DNA from: a bacterium
GTDB lineage: Bacteria > Bacteroidota > Ignavibacteria > UBA10030
Length of the DNA: 64,000 bases
Assembly (NCBI GenBank): GCA_043803945.1
Contig: JAZDJN010000026.1
Coordinates: 35,569 to 99,568 of the forward strand
Direction of reading: 5' to 3'
Shown here in pieces: positions 59,178-64,000 of this stretch. The stretch's first letter is position 1. Each line of letters opens with the position of its first letter. The notes under the pieces were generated by a model. It was not told the DNA's origin. It searched no databases and saw nothing but the letters and a program-made list of their open reading frames with translations. Made by a program: the position numbers and the translations under genes.

Positions 59178-59555
59178 ATGATCATCGGTATCGGTGTTGA
59201 TATCCTCGAAGTTGGACGAATGAAGCGTGCTATTGAGCGGTGGGGTGATGCGTTTACAGAAAAAATCTTTACTGCCATTGAGATTAACTATTGCCGCTCA
59301 AAGAAGTATCCCGAACAGCATTTTGCAGCTCGTTTTGCCGTAAAAGAGGCATTTTCCAAGGCGCTCCAGACAGGGTGGAGCGGTGTTTTTCGATGGAAGG
59401 ATGTCGAAGTGGTCAATAACCCTCAATCCGGGGCACCTCAATTGACTGCCCATAACAAGGTGGGGGAAATGCTGGGGAAGAACAAGGTCAATGTCTCCAT
59501 CTCTCACACTGAGCATACGGTTATAGCCTTCGTCATTATAGAAAAGCTTGAATAA
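59178..59555 (+). CDS. acpS: Holo-ACP synthase
   Basis: GIGVDI, AARFAVKEAFSKA, VSISH. Confidence 0.95.
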   Translation: MIIGIGVDILEVGRMKRAIERWGDAFTEKIFTAIEINYCRSKKYPEQHFAARFAVKEAFSKALQTGWSGVFRWKDVEVVNNPQSGAPQLTAHNKVGEMLGKNKVNVSISHTEHTVIAFVIIEKLE

Positions 59556-59670
59556 ACCGCTTCAACCCCCTGTCTTCTCGTCGACCCAACCCATTGCAAA
59601 TCGTAATAATTTTCCCTACATTTTTTTCAGTAAGACAAGTAATTATTGTATAACAGCTTCAGCGTGTCCC

Positions 59671-60051
59671 ATGAAACATATTGGCATCAAGAAGCTTTAC
59701 TATTCGATAAGCGAAGTCAGCACAATCACCGGGTTAGAGCAATACGTGCTCCGATATTGGGAATCGGAGTTTCCGCAATTGAAGCCTGCTAAAAATCGAG
59801 CCGGTAACCGCATTTATACAAATAAGGATATCAAACTGACCATCCATATCAAGAAGCTTTTACGGGATGAACGGTATACAATCGAGGGTGCAAAAAAGGT
59901 GCTTGAAGAATATGTCCCTGAACCCGACGGCGGCGAGCAACTTTCTCTTATAGATGTCCCTCCCATTAAGAAAATTCAGGACGAAGAAATCCGCACGGAG
60001 CTTATTGAAGTAAAACAATTTCTTGAAGAACTTGCCGATAAACTGAAGTGA
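59671..60051 (+). CDS. MerR family transcriptional regulator
   Basis: YYSISEV, VLRYWESEF, YTIEGAKK. Confidence 0.92.
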   Translation: MKHIGIKKLYYSISEVSTITGLEQYVLRYWESEFPQLKPAKNRAGNRIYTNKDIKLTIHIKKLLRDERYTIEGAKKVLEEYVPEPDGGEQLSLIDVPPIKKIQDEEIRTELIEVKQFLEELADKLK

Positions 60052-60138
60052 GAATCTGAGAATATTTCGGATCTCTTTGAATTTCTCAATCTGCCAATCA
60101 CGTCTGATAGCTTCAACCTTCTATCGTCATAAAGTGAA

Positions 60139-62379
60139 GTGAACAAGATTTTTCCGCGTCGTCTCATCTATGCTGTTACGCTGTGCTTCCTCGCGTTCCA
60201 CGGAGTTATTCTCTTCGCACAGGAGAAAGGAACAGTTCGGGGAATCGTAACCGATTCGCTCAACGGGCAGCCGATCGGTTATGTTAACCTTGTGATCAAA
60301 GGAACACGCATGGGTGCTTCCTCGAGCTCTTCGGGCTATTACCTGATTCCGGCGATCCCTGAAGGGAAACAACTCATAGTTGTCTCGCATCTCTCGTACG
60401 AATCGAAAACAGTTGCCGTGAACATTCAAAAGAATAGTATCATGCAATTGAATGTGCAGCTTATCCCGCGCGATATTCAATCGAATGATGTGATTATAAC
60501 AGGCGAGAGACCATCAAGGCCCAACGCCCCGGATCTTGGTTTACAAACTATTTCGACGAAGGAAGTGGAGATGGTGCCCTCGGGAATGGAGGTTGATATA
60601 TTTCGTGCGCTGCAATCGAATCCTGGAGTAGGCGTCACGAGCGACATCAGCGCGCGCTATTATGTACGCGGAGGCGGCAGTGATCAGAATCTTGTTCTTC
60701 TCAACGGAGCGACAGTCTACAACCCGTTCCATACACTCGGGATTTTCAGTGTGGTCGATCCTGAAATGGTGTCGCTGCTCGAATTTCATAAAGGCGGATT
60801 TCCTCCGGTCTATGGTGGAAGACTCTCCTCGATCCTCAATGTTGTTACACGCGACGGCAACCGGAACGCTATGCATGGTGTGGCGAATGCCAGCTTCATC
60901 TCGGGGAAAGTTGCTCTTGAAGGCCCCATGCCGAATGGATCGTTTCTTGTGACGGGAAGGAAAAGCTGGTATGCCTCGGTGATGAAGAAGTATCTCAGCC
61001 AGCTCGATGCACCATTTGATTTTTACGATCTCTCCTGGAAGACAAGTTATTCAAGTCCTGCCATCGATGAAAACAGCAGATTTGCCTTTCATGGTTTTTT
61101 TAGCGGGGACAGGGTAGTCAATGACGATCCGTTTCGCGAAGATTATTCATTGAAGAATAAAATTGTCGGAGCGAACTGGCATAAAATCTGGTCGAATCCA
61201 CTGTACTCAACGGTCTCGGTCACGTACAGCGGATTTGATGGTGAGGTGATGCCAAAGCTTAGCTCTTCAAAGCCGCGAAAGAATGTCGTCTCAGACATCA
61301 GTGCCGATCTCGATTTTACCTATATCTATGAGAGCGGCGACGAATTGTACTTTGGCTGGCAAAACCGGTTTGTCACGGTCGATCTCAACCTCCTCAGTCT
61401 CCTGGGAAATAAATTTTCTTTCCATCAATATGGAAATGATGTAAGCCTCTATGCCGATTATCGCCTCTATAAGTATGAAAACTTTGGGATGACGGCGGGT
61501 ATCCGGTTCAAACTCTTGGCGATCTCAAAGTACCGGCCTGTCTTGTATGAGCCCCGCGGAAGCCTCCTCTATCGGTTGAATCCAACCATGTCGGTGAAAG
61601 CATCGTTCGGATGGTATTCACAGGAGATGATGACCCTTGCCGATGAAAATGAATTGATCTCAATTTTTGAACCCTGGATTATCACGCCCGATTATCTTAA
61701 TTCAGCTCGGGCATTTCATCTTTCGGTTGGAACCAAGATTCTGTTTACCGAAAACACCTCGCTCGAGTGTGAAGGGTATTACAAAACCATCGCCGATTTA
61801 ATCGACGAAAATCAAAAGAAGTTCACAGCCAAGGATAGGGATTTTGTCAATGTAGATGGTGAATCATACGGCATCGAACTCCTGGCTCTGCACCAGCTTC
61901 AACGATTATATCTGAAGTCATCGTATGCCCTGAGCTGGTCCTTTAAGTTGAAGGATGGAAATCGTTTCATCCCCCGCTACGATGTTCGACATGCGTTGAA
62001 TATCCTTGCCGGGTATGAATTCGAAAACGGCTGGCAGGCCAGCATCACCTGGTCGTTCCGGACAGGAATGCCATACACTCCCGTTGCCGGATTCTACGAC
62101 CGGGCAATTGTGAATCCCTGGAGTTCACAGAATGCCTACAATCCCTTTGAATCGGTGATGCTTTGGGGGAAGCGATACGCATCACGCCTCCCGACCTATC
62201 ACCGTCTTGACATCGGATGTTCAAAGGTTTTCTCTGTCGGAGGAGCTTCGATAACAGCAGGAGTGAATATCATCAATCTCTATGATCGGAAGAACATTTT
62301 TTATTTCGATCGTGATACAGGAGAGCAAGTGTTTATGCTCCAGTTTACACCATCGGCATCATTGAAGGTGGAACTGTGA
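60139..62379 (+). CDS. TonB-dependent receptor with a carboxypeptidase-regulatory-like N-domain
   Basis: VRGGGSDQNL, YGGRLSS plug motifs; LPTYHRLD, NLYDRKN barrel end. Confidence 0.92.
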   Translation: MNKIFPRRLIYAVTLCFLAFHGVILFAQEKGTVRGIVTDSLNGQPIGYVNLVIKGTRMGASSSSSGYYLIPAIPEGKQLIVVSHLSYESKTVAVNIQKNSIMQLNVQLIPRDIQSNDVIITGERPSRPNAPDLGLQTISTKEVEMVPSGMEVDIFRALQSNPGVGVTSDISARYYVRGGGSDQNLVLLNGATVYNPFHTLGIFSVVDPEMVSLLEFHKGGFPPVYGGRLSSILNVVTRDGNRNAMHGVANASFISGKVALEGPMPNGSFLVTGRKSWYASVMKKYLSQLDAPFDFYDLSWKTSYSSPAIDENSRFAFHGFFSGDRVVNDDPFREDYSLKNKIVGANWHKIWSNPLYSTVSVTYSGFDGEVMPKLSSSKPRKNVVSDISADLDFTYIYESGDELYFGWQNRFVTVDLNLLSLLGNKFSFHQYGNDVSLYADYRLYKYENFGMTAGIRFKLLAISKYRPVLYEPRGSLLYRLNPTMSVKASFGWYSQEMMTLADENELISIFEPWIITPDYLNSARAFHLSVGTKILFTENTSLECEGYYKTIADLIDENQKKFTAKDRDFVNVDGESYGIELLALHQLQRLYLKSSYALSWSFKLKDGNRFIPRYDVRHALNILAGYEFENGWQASITWSFRTGMPYTPVAGFYDRAIVNPWSSQNAYNPFESVMLWGKRYASRLPTYHRLDIGCSKVFSVGGASITAGVNIINLYDRKNIFYFDRDTGEQVFMLQFTPSASLKVEL

Positions 62380-63356
62380 GGACTTCTCTTGCCATAGCGA
62401 TCGGACTCATGATGGGCTTGCTGCTGGGAGGATGCAACGATTCCTTCAACCCAAAAGCCCCGTTTGAAGAGCAATATGTGTTTCAATGCTTTTTAAATAC
62501 ATCGATAACTCAGATTGCGCTTCTCTCGCATTCATACGATGTCCAGGGAATAGACCCGCTTACCAACCTGACCGATCCTTCACTGGTGGGTGCGGAGATT
62601 CTGCTGACTGTTGACGGCACGGTGTACCGGATGCGGGATAGCATCCGGAAGTTGAGGACACCGAGCAGGTATGACACTGTGCAGCATTTCTACTCTGTCG
62701 ACGGGACGATCATTAAACCGGCGAACAAGGTTACCATGACCGCCCGGTTGCCGAATGGAAAAATTCTCTCTGCCGGGACAACAGTACCGTTGAGCCGCGC
62801 ATTCAAATGGTCGATTGAATACCCGAATGGACTCCACACGAAAAGGAATATTCCGTACGGTGTGAATTCCATTACCGTCGATTGGGAAGACTATGAAGAG
62901 AGCGAAGGGCATCTTTTTTTTCCCCGCCTGCTCATCAAGTATTCGAAGGCAGGGGACAGTGTTGAGATTTGGAAAACAGTTGAGGTTCCAGTGCGATATG
63001 CACGGACCAATGGAAATTGGGTCCCTGCGTTTCCCATTGGCAGTACGGCGAACTTCTGTACGTTCGACCTGGCAGCCATTGATTCTGCAATGGCCGGTAT
63101 TGCAGGAAACGATCCCAACAAAAGCAATTATAGTCTTTCGATGATGACGTTGTACATGCAGGAATACGACACACCGCTCTCGAAGTACTATTCGAGCATC
63201 GGCGGATCGATGGATCAATTTTCCATTCGTGCCGATCGGAGTGTCTATACTAACGTCAATGGAGGCGTTGGGATACTTGGTTCGTACTATACAAACTGGG
63301 CGGAAGTGCCGCTGGATCCACTCTATGTAAGATCGTTTGGGTATCGGTACAGATAA
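62376..63356 (+). CDS. Lipoprotein partner of the TonB receptor (DUF4249-like)
   Basis: Lipobox LGGC; C-terminal YTNVNGGVGILG. Confidence 0.75.
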   Translation: MRTSLAIAIGLMMGLLLGGCNDSFNPKAPFEEQYVFQCFLNTSITQIALLSHSYDVQGIDPLTNLTDPSLVGAEILLTVDGTVYRMRDSIRKLRTPSRYDTVQHFYSVDGTIIKPANKVTMTARLPNGKILSAGTTVPLSRAFKWSIEYPNGLHTKRNIPYGVNSITVDWEDYEESEGHLFFPRLLIKYSKAGDSVEIWKTVEVPVRYARTNGNWVPAFPIGSTANFCTFDLAAIDSAMAGIAGNDPNKSNYSLSMMTLYMQEYDTPLSKYYSSIGGSMDQFSIRADRSVYTNVNGGVGILGSYYTNWAEVPLDPLYVRSFGYRYR

Positions 63357-63461
63357 GGGAGGAGTAGAGGCAAGTAATTGACTTATATAGAAATCAATCA
63401 CGTATTGAAAACGAGTGTCATGATTTTTCAAATCCATCGCTTTTCCCGACCCCCCCTTGCT

Positions 63462-63512
63462 GGGGCCGTCCAAAAAGTAAAAAAGAACGCTGTCATTCCC
63501 GCATGATTCTAG
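63462..63512. repeat. MITE left end plus a half REP interrupted at CTAG
   Basis: GGGGCCGTCCAAAAAG, then TGTCATTCCCGCATGATTCTAG, the left half of the REP seen intact (reverse) at ~41437-41469. Confidence 0.7.
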
Positions 63513-64000
63513 AGATCTGGCCGAAAAGTTAAGAACATAATCAAACCACTGCACCAAAGGCGCATCAGCCTCTGGCTGAAAAGTTCACCAAGGACATAAA
63601 GGAAAAACTGTTGAATTAATTTAAATTTCCATTACTCCTTTTTCTTTTTATTCTTCGCATCCTTAGTGTCCTTTGTGGTTAGACTTTTCGTCCAAGTTTC
63701 TAGAAGTCTGGTTGAGAAGTGACTTTGCCATTGAGTCACCGAGAACACGGAGAAAATTGTTTCGAAATATCGACAACAGAACCAACATTTATCAATCTCA
63801 GTGTTCTCTGTGTCTCTGTGGCAGACTTTTCAATCAGGTTTCTAGAAACCTGGCCGAAAAGTTAAGAACATAATCAAACCACTGCACCAGAGGCGCATCA
63901 GCCTCTGGCTGAAAAGTTCACCAAGGACACAAAGGAAAAGCTGTTGAATTGATTAAATTTTTAAGAGCTCTTTTCTCTTTCTTAATCTTCGAGTCCTTAG
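63509..64000. mobile_element. Head-to-tail array of CTAG-bounded miniature elements (A-B-A', runs off the window)
   Basis: CTAG junctions at 63509, 63700 and 63842; each complete unit has ~17-bp imperfect TIRs; units 1 and 3 are near-identical over ~110 bp. Confidence 0.85.

Noticed and set aside
60052-60138. tRNA-Pro, often found after this MerR family
   Set aside because: No cloverleaf, T-loop GTTC motif or CCA end visible.
62580-63557. 325-aa minus-strand ORF
   Set aside because: Antisense shadow of the lipoprotein gene running into repeat DNA; no motifs.
63509-64000. CRISPR or integron cassette array
   Set aside because: Units are 142-191 bp with their own terminal inverted repeats, the interiors of units 1 and 3 are repeated rather than unique, there are no ORFs, and no cas or integrase gene is in the window.

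Overview
A bacterial chromosome segment, probably Ignavibacteria/Bacteroidota-Chlorobi related (inferred from a T9SS-type NYPNPFN domain, a TonB receptor plus lipoprotein pair and general gene content). In order: the 3' end of a large unknown protein, then a divergent Opp/Dpp-type ABC cluster with an extra unknown gene; an exported sugar oxidoreductase/TIM-barrel trio; a 2.1-kb AT-rich island (internal T9SS-CTD protein plus a truncated HEPN gene); GH78 rhamnosidase; an epimerase; NfeD-flotillin-YbjQ-carbonic-anhydrase-like genes; decayed DUF2294/TerC remnants; an M28 peptidase; a ~26-kb minus-strand glycan-modification cluster; and housekeeping genes (rsmA, PAP2, LysE, SpoIIE, aroQ, HAD, acpS, MerR, TonB receptor). 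No rRNA, tRNA, CRISPR array or transposase was recognised. The most striking unexplained signal is non-coding: several families of miniature repeats (TIR-bounded MITE shells, CTAG-bounded elements forming a head-to-tail array, REP doublets, 20-40-bp palindromic inserts) nested inside one another up to five layers deep. A promoter-hairpin-terminator unit at ~7750-7870 is a candidate sRNA. All product calls come from motif recognition by eye, not database searches.
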